From an uncultured Bacteroidaceae bacterium (GTDB lineage Bacteria; Bacteroidota; Bacteroidia; Bacteroidales; GCA-2748055), in assembly GCA_964572225.1 (NCBI GenBank), contig CAZNFR010000010.1, positions 1 to 62,274 on the forward strand: a stretch of DNA of 62,274 nucleotides, in the 5' to 3' direction. The notes beneath the pieces are model-generated. The model did not search any database. It worked only from the letters and a program-made list of their open reading frames with translations, and had not been told where the DNA came from. Positions 20,843 to 30,801 of the stretch are shown in pieces; positions within the stretch are counted from its first letter, which is position 1; each line of letters starts with the position of its first letter. A program made the position numbers and the translations under genes.

Positions 20843-23800
20843 GTGAAAACCAGAATCAGAAGAAGTATTTTAAGACAGATAGTTATTATTGGAGCAGGAT
20901 TGATGCTTTATTCAGGTTTGTCGGGACAATCTGCATCCCTGGGAGGTACCCTTTCCGTCAATAATACGGAAGGAGATGTGAGAACAGGAGGTCAGACCAT
21001 TGTTATTTCTATACTTGGTGATTTCTGGGATGGGGATGTCGGAGATCCTGGTCCGGAGACCGATGCCCTACTTAACGGATTTTCGGGTGACGGTGACTGG
21101 GCGAGTATTCGCGCTTTGCTCTCCGATGCCAACGTTGTCCGTAACAATTTTGCAACCGTTACCATTACCCTGCCCGCACTTCCGGGATATAATATATTCA
21201 ACAATGAGACCCTTAAGCTTACCATAGGCGGAGCTGCACTTACCAGCGGAAATCCTTTGGCTGCCGGCAACGACCTGACCATTCTGGCAGATCCGGTGTT
21301 GGGCTTTAACTCCAACACACTGGTTACGGGTTCCACCCAGGAATCGAATATCCGCACAGGAGGAAGGATCCTGGATGTGAAAGTCAGAAACGATGTCTGG
21401 GTAGCTGCCATTGGCAATAACAATGCAACTACTAACGCTTTTCTTGACGGAATTACCGGTACACAAAACTGGTCAGTGGTTAGAGCAGCTCTGAATTCTA
21501 CCCACGTAACCAGACAAAATGATACCGTGGTGCGTGTGAATTTACCCGCAGTAACCGGTTACTATCTGGAAGCAGATGAAAGTGTGAGTGTGAACATACC
21601 CGGAAGCGCCCTTTTAAATACAGGGAATCCAGTGGTTTCCACCCCGGATATTGCGATTTCCAATGAAGCAGTCTCCATTACCGTAGATGGGAGCGTTTCT
21701 CCGGGTGCTACCGAGGGGGAAGTACGAACCGGCGGTGAAACCATTGATCTGACGATTAAGGGAGATGTGTGGGCCGATGATGTGGGGACAAACGTAACCG
21801 TAACCAATGGCATAATTAAGGGAATTACCGGAAGTACCTCCTGGAATACTAATGTCAGAGATGCCCTGACTACACTCAATGTACAGCGGATCTCGGATAC
21901 CCAGGTACGGATTACCCTGCCCGCAGCGGCATCTTATGATATTTCGGTTATCGATAATATTACCGTTACCGTAACTGCAGCAGCCATAAAGTTTCTTACC
22001 TCCGGATCGGTGGTTGCCGATAATGGGTTTACAATCAGTCCATCGGCTGCAACGGTTAGCGTAAGCGGAAATATTCAAAGTGGGGCCAATGATCAGGAAA
22101 GTTCCATAAGGGCCGGGGGATCGACCATAATCCTTACGGTGAGTGAAGATTCCTGGGTTGCTGGAATTGGGGAGAATACGGTTCAGAACCAGCAACTAAT
22201 CAATGGAATTTCGGGTAATCAGATTTGGAACACTATCGTTAGACCGCTTATACTCGGAGCAGATAGGGGAGCCGCAAACATTAGCGTTTCCGGAGATATT
22301 GTGACGATCTCGGTCCCGGCAATTCCAAGCTATTATCTGGAGACCAATGAAAGTCTCAGCATCACCGTGCCTGCAGTGGCACTAGTAAATTCTGCCCTAG
22401 GGATCAACGCCATACCCTCGCTTACAATTCTGAATGAGGATGTAAGTCTGGCAGTCAGCGGAACGGTGACCCAGCTACCTCAAAAGAGCGAGGAAGATAT
22501 CCGTAGCGGAGGGGAAACTCTGGTGCTTACCCTCACCGGCGACCAGTGGTCCGACGATATTGCTTCCAACTCGGTAACCGCCAATAACCTGTTTGCAGGA
22601 ATTACGGGAAGCCAGGGTACATGGGACGCAACCATACAGCCCGCTCTGGATGTTTCCGACATCGTAAGAAACAGCTCAACGATAATAACCATAAATCTTC
22701 CGGCGGTCGCTTCTTACGACATATCATCGGTCGAGAATATAGCCATTTCAGCGGCCTCTTCAGTGCTAAAATACACAAGTTCAGGTCAGATAGGCGGAAA
22801 TCCCACTTTCTCCATTGCTCCCATTGGAGCTTCAGTAAGCGTAAGCGGGAATATCCAGTCCGGACTTAATAATACTGAGTCGGACATTCGCAGTGGGGGA
22901 TCCACGATTATCCTTACCGTTAGCGAAGACTCCTGGGTTGGAACCCTGGGAAGCGATAATGCTGTCACCTCCAGTCTGATTAACGGGATAAACGGAGGGA
23001 CTACCTGGAACACCAATGTAATCAATGCAATCCTTGGGCCGGATAATGGTGCCTCCAATGTAAGTGTCTCCGGAAGTACCGTTACCGTTACCATTCCGGC
23101 AGTGCCCGATTATTACCTTAACGGAAACGATATTGTCACCATCACCGTCCCTTCAGCTGCTCTTCAAAGTACCACTACCTCAGTGGTTGCCAGCCCTACT
23201 CTAACCATACAGAATGAAGGAGTGAGTATGACGGTAAGCGGAACCCTTACCGGATTAACTACAGAGGAAGACATACGTAACGGGGGCCGTACGATGATCC
23301 TTAATCTGACCGGAGATGAATGGCCGGATAACATTGCCAGCAGTACCACTGTATCCGATATTCTTTTTGCAGGTATCAGCGGAGATGGGATCGAATGGAA
23401 CAGCAAGGTGAGGGATAATCTCACCACTACCCACATTGTCAGAAACAATGACACTCGCGTTACCATTACCCTTCCGGCAACTGCAGGCTATGACATTTCT
23501 TCAACCGAAACAGTTCAGGCCGTAGCTGCTTCAGGTGCTCTCAAATATTCCAATACAGGAAGCGTCACAGGAAATCTTTCGGTCCAGATTACCCCACTGG
23601 GAGGAAGTGTGTCCGTCTCCGGTAATATTCAGTCGGGTGAATTTAATACCGAATCAAAAATTCGTGAAGGTGGAGCCACCATTTTGCTTACCGTTTCGGA
23701 AGATAGTTGGGTTAGCGGACTAGGAAACAATAATGCTCTAACTGCTGAATTGGTTAATGGAATCACCGGAAGCAGTCGCTGGAACAGCTCAGTTATTTCA

Positions 23801-26800
23801 GCCATTCTTGGAAGTGATAACGGGGCAGCCAACGTCGGTGTTTCAGGGAATGTCGTTACCATTAACATCCCTGTTGTGAACGATTACTTCATCAATTCGA
23901 ATGATGTTATCAGCATTAGTGTACCTGCCAGTGCATTGAACTCGTCCACTTCACCCGTAACGGCCTCTCCCTCCCTTACTATTCAGAATGAGCCTGTAAG
24001 TCTGGCTCTTACTGGAACTCTGGTAAGCCTTCCCACAGAAACAGAACAGGATATTCGTGATGGAGGGGAAACCATGATTCTTACCCTTTCAGGAGATGAG
24101 TGGGCAACGGGAGTTGAAAGTAATACCACCCTGGCTAACGCATTGATAAATGGAATCAATGGCAGCGGGACTGCCTGGAATTCAGTGGTAAAACCCTTGC
24201 TTAATGCTTCTCATATTACACGGAATTCCAATGTCAGACTCACAATCACCCTTCCAGCCGCTCCCGGATATGAAATTGATGTGGCAGAGAGTATTACGGT
24301 CAGTGCAACGGCATCAACCCTGAGATATCTCACTACCGGTTCTGTAACCGGAGCTCCGGCTATGAATATTGTACCACTGGGAGCAAGCATAGAAGTGACC
24401 GGAACCATACAATCAGGCACCTTCAACACGGAGGAAAAAATTCGCGAAGGAGGCGGCACCATAATTCTGACGGTTTCTGAAGATACCTGGGTTTCTTCAG
24501 TGGGAAACAACAATTCGGTTACCGCGGCACTTATAAACGGTATCAGCGGCAGTTCGGAATGGAATACCAAGGTGGTACCGGCTATCCTGGGAACCACTAA
24601 CGGAGCAGTGAATGTAGACCGTTCGGGTAACATCGTCACAATCACAGTGCCGGCCGTACCCGGCTATAATATTTCCAGTGTGGATAATGTTACCATTCTG
24701 GTACCCAATGTATGCCTAACCAATACCAGCAGCGGTTCGGTGGCTGCCTTCCCCACCCTGGCCATTTCCCCGGCCGCAGGTAAGGCTTTTATCAATGATC
24801 CGGGTCTTATTGAATCAACCCTGAATGGATCTACCTTGCAGTTTACCCTGCAGGATGAAACTTTTCTTAACGCCACATTGGCAAGCAGTAATTTCAGTCA
24901 CAACGGACCTCCCTCGATCACCATAAGCTCGGTGAATTATGTAAGTCCTATCCAGGCCAGCCTTACCCTTGGGTTCTCGGGAGATATCGACAGCGACCTT
25001 AATGATTTCAGGGTTACCGTAGACGCTAATGAATTAAGCGGGACCACCAACCTGACTTCCAATGCCATTTCTATCCAGGCTGAGCTTGAGCCAAGGATCA
25101 CCGATGTAGATATACCTGATGGGGTATACAGTATTGGTGAAGAGTTAACCGTCCTGATAACCGTGGTTAATGATCAGGGCGACACCTATAGTTACAATTC
25201 AGGTACCGTGGCCGGTAATCCTCTTGCACGGCTGGAAAGGCAGTCCAGTACTCTTTACTATGGATATTTCACGGTTCAGGAAGGGCAAACCGATTACGAT
25301 GCCGGTGACCTTATCCCGGTATCAAACCTTGTGCTAAGAAACGGTTCCCTGATAGGAGATCCTTTTTCAGGAAGTATCAGCGGACAGGTGGCTATCGATG
25401 GTAGCAAACCAAAAGTTACAAGTCTCCAGGTTTTTGGAGCAAGTAAGAAAATCGGGGATGATATTGACATTTTAGTTTTTGCAAACGGTGATAATTATAC
25501 TGCCATTACCCCAACCTCTGTGAATGGTATCCCCATTTCAGCTCCAAATGTAAACCTGATAACCCTTGGGAACAATGCTTATATCCTCAGATATACTGTG
25601 GCTGAGGGAGACGATGATGTTAGTGAAGGCAATCTCACTGCCCAGATCGTGATGAGGGATCCCTCCGGAAACGAGAGCGATCTGTTTAATACGGTAAACA
25701 CCAACTATATTACCATTGATGCGAATTCACCCATGATCAGCTTCATAACCGTCCGTGATAGTGTCTATACGATCGGCGATGTTATCCAGGTAACGATTCA
25801 GACAGATGGCTCAAACTATAGTTTCAATTCTGAGACTTTTGTAAATGGTATTCCATTTACTTCCACCTACCTTACCGGATCCTATATCGGCTCTAATCAA
25901 TACCGTCTGTCTTACACAGTCAGGGCCACCGATCCCGAAATTGAAACCGGGGAAATTGAAGTGACCGTCAGAATGTCGGATCCGGCAGGAAATATTAGTG
26001 CTCCATACAATGAAGTCGAATCCAACAGTCTCGCTCTTTACACCACACTCCCCACGGCAACCCTTTTCGGAACCCAGGAAATCTGTGCCAGGGATTCTGC
26101 CAGACTTATCGTGAACCTTACCGGAAGGGCTCCATGGACTTTCTACCTCTTCGATGGAAATACCACAAGAGAATTTACGGATATATTTGCCTCTCCCTAT
26201 GAATTTTTCGTCAAACCAGCAACCACTCGAAGCTACAGGGTTGATTCAATACTGGATTTTAACGGAATCAAGAATAGCGGAGCTGGAAATGTTACCGTAA
26301 CGGTGAATCCGGTGATTGATGTGGAAATAATTAACCTTAATACCAGTTATTCGGTAGAGGATGACCCGATTGTGCTTCAGGCAAATGTAACGGGGGGAAC
26401 CTTTAGCGGACCAGGGGTTATTACTGCCACATCCACCTTTGACCCTGGTATAGCCGACACCCTTAATTCACCGCATTCCATTGTTTATACCTATATAACC
26501 AACAAGGGCTGCGTTAGTTATGACACGGCAATTGTTTTCGTCCTTGGTGCAGAGGGCGACATATTTATACCCAAACAGGTATTCTGCAACTACGATCCTG
26601 TATTTGAAGTTATTGCATCCAATACAGCAGATGCCATCGGAAGTTTCAGGCTGCTTAATGAGGATGAACAGGAGGTTGTCGGACTCTCAGACAGTTTGAA
26701 TAATAAGGCAGGGATCGATCCTTCCTTACTCGATCCTGGTTTCTACATTGTTGATTATACCTATGAGGACGACGGAACCACACTCAATCTGAAAGACTAT

Positions 26801-29137
26801 TTCACCGTCGAATCGGCCGTTACACCAAAGATTATTACCCTCGACCAATCGGCATATTGTCAGAATGAACCCGCCTTTGACCTTGAAGGGGATATTGCTT
26901 CTGCGATTTTTGCAGGCCCCGGGGTAAGTGGAAATGTAAATGATGGTTTTGTGTTTACTCCTGCCGATGCCTTCATTGGAAATAACACCATCACCTACAC
27001 CAATACCACAGCCAACGGATGTTCCAGCTCTGTTTCGAAAACGGTAAGAATCAATTATGTTCCTGAGATAGAGTTCCAGGTGAGTGGATTGTGCGTGAGC
27101 AGCAGCGATACAATATTCTTTGATAATACAACCATAAATCAATATACCATTGCGGAGTGGTCCTGGGAATTTGGTGACATCAATAGTGGCTCCCAAAATT
27201 TCGCTTCTACCGTAGATGCATATCACGTGTATACCCGGCCAGGAGTCCGTACCATAACTCTGGAAGGAACTACTGCACAGGGTTGTACCGATATTGCAGA
27301 AAAAGTTATTGAATTCGGAGATAAACCCACCGGAACCATAAGCTGGGATAACGAATGTTTTGTTGAAGGTGATTCCATTCTTTTCGTAAATGAAACATTC
27401 AGTGAAAATGAAATTACCAGCTACAACTGGAGTTTCCTTAAAGGCAATGATCAGATTGGAAGCAAGAATGGAAACGATTCGGTTTATTTCACATTCGATA
27501 ATCTGGATAATTATAAGGTAGAAGTTTTTGTGGAAACCGAAATCGGATGTTCGAATGTGTTTGAACGGGAAATTGTCCTCAAACCAACCATTCTGCTGGC
27601 CGATGAAGGAGGATACTTTGAAAACTTTGAATCCGGAGCCGGCAGATGGTCGGTAGATCAGTCTGCAGAATCGGAAAACATTAGCTGGAGGTATGGAGAT
27701 TTCAATTTTGAAGGATATGGTGGTGAACCTACCCAGGCATGGTATACCGATCTTCCTGGAACTGTAAAGGATGAACAGTCCTGGGTGATATCACCATGCT
27801 TTGATTTCCGGGGTGTGGAAAGGCCTGTAATATCGCTGGACATCTTCAGGAGTCTCCAAACCGATTGGGAAGGGGTGGTGATGCAATATTCCGTGGATAA
27901 TGGTGAAAACTGGCAGAACCTGGGTTCGATCAACGAGGGAATTGAGTGGTTTAATTCATTTGAGATCACTCAACAGCCTGGCGGACAGGATATAGGTTGG
28001 ACAGGCTACCAGCAGGCGGATACTTTCAAAAACGCCAAACGGTACGCAGATCAGTTGATCGGGTACCCGAATGTACGTCTTCGTCTGATCTTCGGATCGG
28101 ATAATACACAATATCAGTTGAGAGAAGGGTTTGCATTTGATAATTTCTCCATAGGAACCCGAACCCGACAGGTATTGCTCGAACATTTCACCAATACTTC
28201 AGAAACCAGTGTAAGAGTTCCAGATGGCCATGTGAATTTTTTGTACAACAGAAATTTCCGAGATGCGGTAAAATTAGAGTACCATACTGCGTTTCCTGGT
28301 CCGGATCCATTCTATGCATTGAGTGAGTTTATCAGTGATGCCCGTAGCCTCTATTATGGGATCAATTCTGTACCCTATACTCTACTTGACGGTGGATTTA
28401 AAGGAAGCCTGGTATACGATGATCCGATTTCCATCGCAGGAATGGATGACAACGATGTTCTCCTGCTTGCCCTGGAGGATCCGGTTTTCCGGATCGACGT
28501 GGATGCCAGTATTTCCGGTCAACAGTATATCGTTAATGTTGACGTTGAAGCACTTAGAGACCTGGGGTCCGAGGAAAGAATTCTTCATGTTGTGATATTC
28601 GAGAAACTTTTGGAAGGAGTATCAACCCTAAACGGTCAGTCCAATTTCCTTAACGTGGTGAGGGATATGTTGCCAAATGCAGCCGGAACCGCCAGCTTTA
28701 AGTCATGGCAGGAGGGAGAGTCCGAACAGTATCAGTTTGTTTGGGATATTGCCGATGTGGAGGATGTACAAAATCTAAGAGTAACCGCATTCATTCAAAA
28801 CGATAATACTTTTGAAGTTTATCAGGTTGCCACCAACGATCAAACCAATTTGAACACCTCTTCGGATAACAGAATAGCTGTACCGGTAGAACTCACCATT
28901 TATCCGGTACCCTCAAATGCTGAAGTAAACCTTTATCTCTCAGGCTTTGAGTCAGGCTCTTATAAACTGGAAATCTATGATAAACTTGGAAGAATGATTC
29001 ACAATGAATCCTGGGAAAGCTATGAGGCTCTGAAAACATTTGAATCCCAAAGGTTTACACGTGGTGTTTATTTTGTAAGACTGGTCGACGATTATGGAAG
29101 GGTAAGGGCAATTAAGAAGATGGTGATAATACGCTAA
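20843..29137 (+). CDS. Giant T9SS-secreted surface protein (10 tandem ~128-aa repeats, Ig-like/PKD domains, jelly-roll domain, Omp28-like domain, type A CTD)
   Basis: GTG start, signal peptide, PKD signature WSWEFGD...HVYTRPG, CTD IYPVPS...GVYFVRL...KKMVIIR. Confidence 0.88.
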   Translation: MKTRIRRSILRQIVIIGAGLMLYSGLSGQSASLGGTLSVNNTEGDVRTGGQTIVISILGDFWDGDVGDPGPETDALLNGFSGDGDWASIRALLSDANVVRNNFATVTITLPALPGYNIFNNETLKLTIGGAALTSGNPLAAGNDLTILADPVLGFNSNTLVTGSTQESNIRTGGRILDVKVRNDVWVAAIGNNNATTNAFLDGITGTQNWSVVRAALNSTHVTRQNDTVVRVNLPAVTGYYLEADESVSVNIPGSALLNTGNPVVSTPDIAISNEAVSITVDGSVSPGATEGEVRTGGETIDLTIKGDVWADDVGTNVTVTNGIIKGITGSTSWNTNVRDALTTLNVQRISDTQVRITLPAAASYDISVIDNITVTVTAAAIKFLTSGSVVADNGFTISPSAATVSVSGNIQSGANDQESSIRAGGSTIILTVSEDSWVAGIGENTVQNQQLINGISGNQIWNTIVRPLILGADRGAANISVSGDIVTISVPAIPSYYLETNESLSITVPAVALVNSALGINAIPSLTILNEDVSLAVSGTVTQLPQKSEEDIRSGGETLVLTLTGDQWSDDIASNSVTANNLFAGITGSQGTWDATIQPALDVSDIVRNSSTIITINLPAVASYDISSVENIAISAASSVLKYTSSGQIGGNPTFSIAPIGASVSVSGNIQSGLNNTESDIRSGGSTIILTVSEDSWVGTLGSDNAVTSSLINGINGGTTWNTNVINAILGPDNGASNVSVSGSTVTVTIPAVPDYYLNGNDIVTITVPSAALQSTTTSVVASPTLTIQNEGVSMTVSGTLTGLTTEEDIRNGGRTMILNLTGDEWPDNIASSTTVSDILFAGISGDGIEWNSKVRDNLTTTHIVRNNDTRVTITLPATAGYDISSTETVQAVAASGALKYSNTGSVTGNLSVQITPLGGSVSVSGNIQSGEFNTESKIREGGATILLTVSEDSWVSGLGNNNALTAELVNGITGSSRWNSSVISAILGSDNGAANVGVSGNVVTINIPVVNDYFINSNDVISISVPASALNSSTSPVTASPSLTIQNEPVSLALTGTLVSLPTETEQDIRDGGETMILTLSGDEWATGVESNTTLANALINGINGSGTAWNSVVKPLLNASHITRNSNVRLTITLPAAPGYEIDVAESITVSATASTLRYLTTGSVTGAPAMNIVPLGASIEVTGTIQSGTFNTEEKIREGGGTIILTVSEDTWVSSVGNNNSVTAALINGISGSSEWNTKVVPAILGTTNGAVNVDRSGNIVTITVPAVPGYNISSVDNVTILVPNVCLTNTSSGSVAAFPTLAISPAAGKAFINDPGLIESTLNGSTLQFTLQDETFLNATLASSNFSHNGPPSITISSVNYVSPIQASLTLGFSGDIDSDLNDFRVTVDANELSGTTNLTSNAISIQAELEPRITDVDIPDGVYSIGEELTVLITVVNDQGDTYSYNSGTVAGNPLARLERQSSTLYYGYFTVQEGQTDYDAGDLIPVSNLVLRNGSLIGDPFSGSISGQVAIDGSKPKVTSLQVFGASKKIGDDIDILVFANGDNYTAITPTSVNGIPISAPNVNLITLGNNAYILRYTVAEGDDDVSEGNLTAQIVMRDPSGNESDLFNTVNTNYITIDANSPMISFITVRDSVYTIGDVIQVTIQTDGSNYSFNSETFVNGIPFTSTYLTGSYIGSNQYRLSYTVRATDPEIETGEIEVTVRMSDPAGNISAPYNEVESNSLALYTTLPTATLFGTQEICARDSARLIVNLTGRAPWTFYLFDGNTTREFTDIFASPYEFFVKPATTRSYRVDSILDFNGIKNSGAGNVTVTVNPVIDVEIINLNTSYSVEDDPIVLQANVTGGTFSGPGVITATSTFDPGIADTLNSPHSIVYTYITNKGCVSYDTAIVFVLGAEGDIFIPKQVFCNYDPVFEVIASNTADAIGSFRLLNEDEQEVVGLSDSLNNKAGIDPSLLDPGFYIVDYTYEDDGTTLNLKDYFTVESAVTPKIITLDQSAYCQNEPAFDLEGDIASAIFAGPGVSGNVNDGFVFTPADAFIGNNTITYTNTTANGCSSSVSKTVRINYVPEIEFQVSGLCVSSSDTIFFDNTTINQYTIAEWSWEFGDINSGSQNFASTVDAYHVYTRPGVRTITLEGTTAQGCTDIAEKVIEFGDKPTGTISWDNECFVEGDSILFVNETFSENEITSYNWSFLKGNDQIGSKNGNDSVYFTFDNLDNYKVEVFVETEIGCSNVFEREIVLKPTILLADEGGYFENFESGAGRWSVDQSAESENISWRYGDFNFEGYGGEPTQAWYTDLPGTVKDEQSWVISPCFDFRGVERPVISLDIFRSLQTDWEGVVMQYSVDNGENWQNLGSINEGIEWFNSFEITQQPGGQDIGWTGYQQADTFKNAKRYADQLIGYPNVRLRLIFGSDNTQYQLREGFAFDNFSIGTRTRQVLLEHFTNTSETSVRVPDGHVNFLYNRNFRDAVKLEYHTAFPGPDPFYALSEFISDARSLYYGINSVPYTLLDGGFKGSLVYDDPISIAGMDDNDVLLLALEDPVFRIDVDASISGQQYIVNVDVEALRDLGSEERILHVVIFEKLLEGVSTLNGQSNFLNVVRDMLPNAAGTASFKSWQEGESEQYQFVWDIADVEDVQNLRVTAFIQNDNTFEVYQVATNDQTNLNTSSDNRIAVPVELTIYPVPSNAEVNLYLSGFESGSYKLEIYDKLGRMIHNESWESYEALKTFESQRFTRGVYFVRLVDDYGRVRAIKKMVIIR
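20960..24780 (+). repeat. Ten intragenic tandem domain repeats (~372-393 bp period), alternating A/B types
   Basis: E..(I/V)R.GG motif recurs near 20970, 21341, 21713, 22097, 22490, 22877, 23264, 23651, 24044 and 24431. Confidence 0.9.
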
Positions 29138-29166
29138 ACGTCCAATCTTTTAAAAAAGTATGCATT

Positions 29167-30399
29167 TTAATTCAGGGTTGTGGAACCAGAAGCAATTTTT
29201 GCAGCGAATTGCTTTCCAAATTCCCTGAATTTATCCCCTTTTCCATCACTAGGGTAGAATTTCTCTGAAAGTCCTTCAAGAGCTACGTTTAGTTTTAGGT
29301 TTTTAAGATGATTTTCGATCAGTCCAACAGCTTCCCCGCTCCAACCATAGGATCCAAAAGCAGCAGCAAGTTTTCCTTTGTCCCGGATCGGATTGATTAC
29401 AGAGAAAAGCCTGTAGACAGGAAGGAGGGTGTTTTGATTTATGGTTGGGGAACCTATGATAATGGCATCCGCTCTTACGATTGCCTCTTCCAGATCCCCT
29501 AAAGAAATAGTCTCAATATCCTTCATTTCAACCTGATAATCCCCCGTTTCCAAAATACCATCTCTAATCTGGGCGGCCATTTCAGCTGTGTAACCATAAG
29601 CAGAAATATAGGCTATCAGGATACGGTTATTTTTTAATTGTGTATTTGCAAGATAATCACGTGCATATTCCTCTGAAAGCATGAGGTATTTTTTCCAGTC
29701 TGATCTCAGTACAGGTCCGTGTCCTGTGGCTATCATGCTGATATCCAAATCTCTTATCTTTTCAATGGCTTTTAGCATAAACTTGCTGAAAGGACGCAGA
29801 ATTACATTGAAGTAGTAAGTGAATGCTTCGTCAAAATCTCCTGCTTCATCATCAAAAAGGTGATCAGGGCAATAGTGTGCCCCAAAGCTATCACAGGTAA
29901 ACAGAATCTTATCTTCTTCAAGATAGGTGTAAATGGTATCGGGCCAGTGAAGGTTAGGAGCCCCGATAAATCTGAGGGTTTTATTGCCAAGGTCCAGAGA
30001 ATCACCATCTTTTACCTTGATCGATTTGAAAGGTTTGCCGACAATTTCAGAAAGATAGTTGAGCGCCTGACCGCTGCCCACCACAGTTGCCTGAGGAGCC
30101 AGCTCAAGAAGTGCACTCACATTTCCGCTATGGTCCGGCTCAGTATGGTTGCATATAATGTATTCGATTTCAGTAAGATCGGTTATAGACCTGAGTTTAT
30201 CGAAATAAATATCCCTGAATCCTGATTTTACCGTTTCGACGACAGCTTTTTTTTCTGCGTTAATAAAATAGGAATTGTAAGTGGTGCCATGCTTGGTCTC
30301 CATTACAATATCGAAGGTCACGATATCGCGATCCAGAACCCCTACCCATTGAACGTCTTTACTCAGTTGTATAACTTTTCTGTCTATCATATTTTCCAT
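29167..30399 (-). CDS. fprA: FprA-family flavodiiron protein (A-type flavoprotein)
   Basis: GTTYNSY, NHTEPDHSG, HWPDT, CDSFGAH metallo-beta-lactamase motifs plus flavodoxin domain (GSPT, FGSYGWSGEAV). Confidence 0.92.
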   Translation of the reverse strand: MENMIDRKVIQLSKDVQWVGVLDRDIVTFDIVMETKHGTTYNSYFINAEKKAVVETVKSGFRDIYFDKLRSITDLTEIEYIICNHTEPDHSGNVSALLELAPQATVVGSGQALNYLSEIVGKPFKSIKVKDGDSLDLGNKTLRFIGAPNLHWPDTIYTYLEEDKILFTCDSFGAHYCPDHLFDDEAGDFDEAFTYYFNVILRPFSKFMLKAIEKIRDLDISMIATGHGPVLRSDWKKYLMLSEEYARDYLANTQLKNNRILIAYISAYGYTAEMAAQIRDGILETGDYQVEMKDIETISLGDLEEAIVRADAIIIGSPTINQNTLLPVYRLFSVINPIRDKGKLAAAFGSYGWSGEAVGLIENHLKNLKLNVALEGLSEKFYPSDGKGDKFREFGKQFAAKIASGSTTLN

Positions 30400-30411
30400 T
30401 TTTATGAGCTA

Positions 30412-30419
30412 CAAAATTA
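30412..30419 (-). promoter_or_regulatory. sigma-A -7 element upstream of fprA
   Basis: TAATTTTG on minus strand just upstream of start. Confidence 0.5.
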
Positions 30420-30442
30420 GAAATAATGATCCATCTGACAAC

Positions 30443-30471
30443 AAAAAAACCGCCTCCCAAAGGAAGGCGGT
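30443..30471 (-). terminator. Intrinsic terminator of the 72-aa gene
   Basis: Minus strand accgccttcc-ttt-gggaggcggt followed by T-run. Confidence 0.8.
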
Positions 30472-30492
30472 CAAAAACAAACGCATTAATCA

Positions 30493-30711
30493 TTACTTTT
30501 TGTCTTTATCCCCACAAGATTTTTGTTTCTTTTCGGCGCATGTGCTGGAGCAATCTGATTTTTTATCCGATTTTTTAGCTTTATCCGCTTTTTTTTCTGC
30601 TTGTTCTTTTTTAGGTTCTTCATCGATTACAGTGCTGCTGTTAGCATAAACCGGTACTGAAAGAGCCGCCACAAAAGCGATCATTGCGATAAAAGAAAGA
30701 ATTTTTTTCAT
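30493..30711 (-). CDS. Small secreted Lys-rich hypothetical protein with 3 C-terminal Cys
   Basis: Signal peptide (..PVYA), own TATATTTG promoter at 30740-30747 and downstream terminator. Confidence 0.7.
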   Translation of the reverse strand: MKKILSFIAMIAFVAALSVPVYANSSTVIDEEPKKEQAEKKADKAKKSDKKSDCSSTCAEKKQKSCGDKDKK

Positions 30712-30801
30712 GTTTAGAGTTTTAAGTGATTCTTTAGTTCAAATATACGCGCACTCGAAGCTTTAGTTTGTTAACCCGCTGTTAAAAGGGAAGGTTCCAG
30801 G

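Noticed and set aside
20960-24780. CRISPR-like or DGR-like DNA repeats
   Set aside because: Repeats are in-frame diverged protein-domain duplications; no spacer pattern, adenine-specific variation or reverse transcriptase seen
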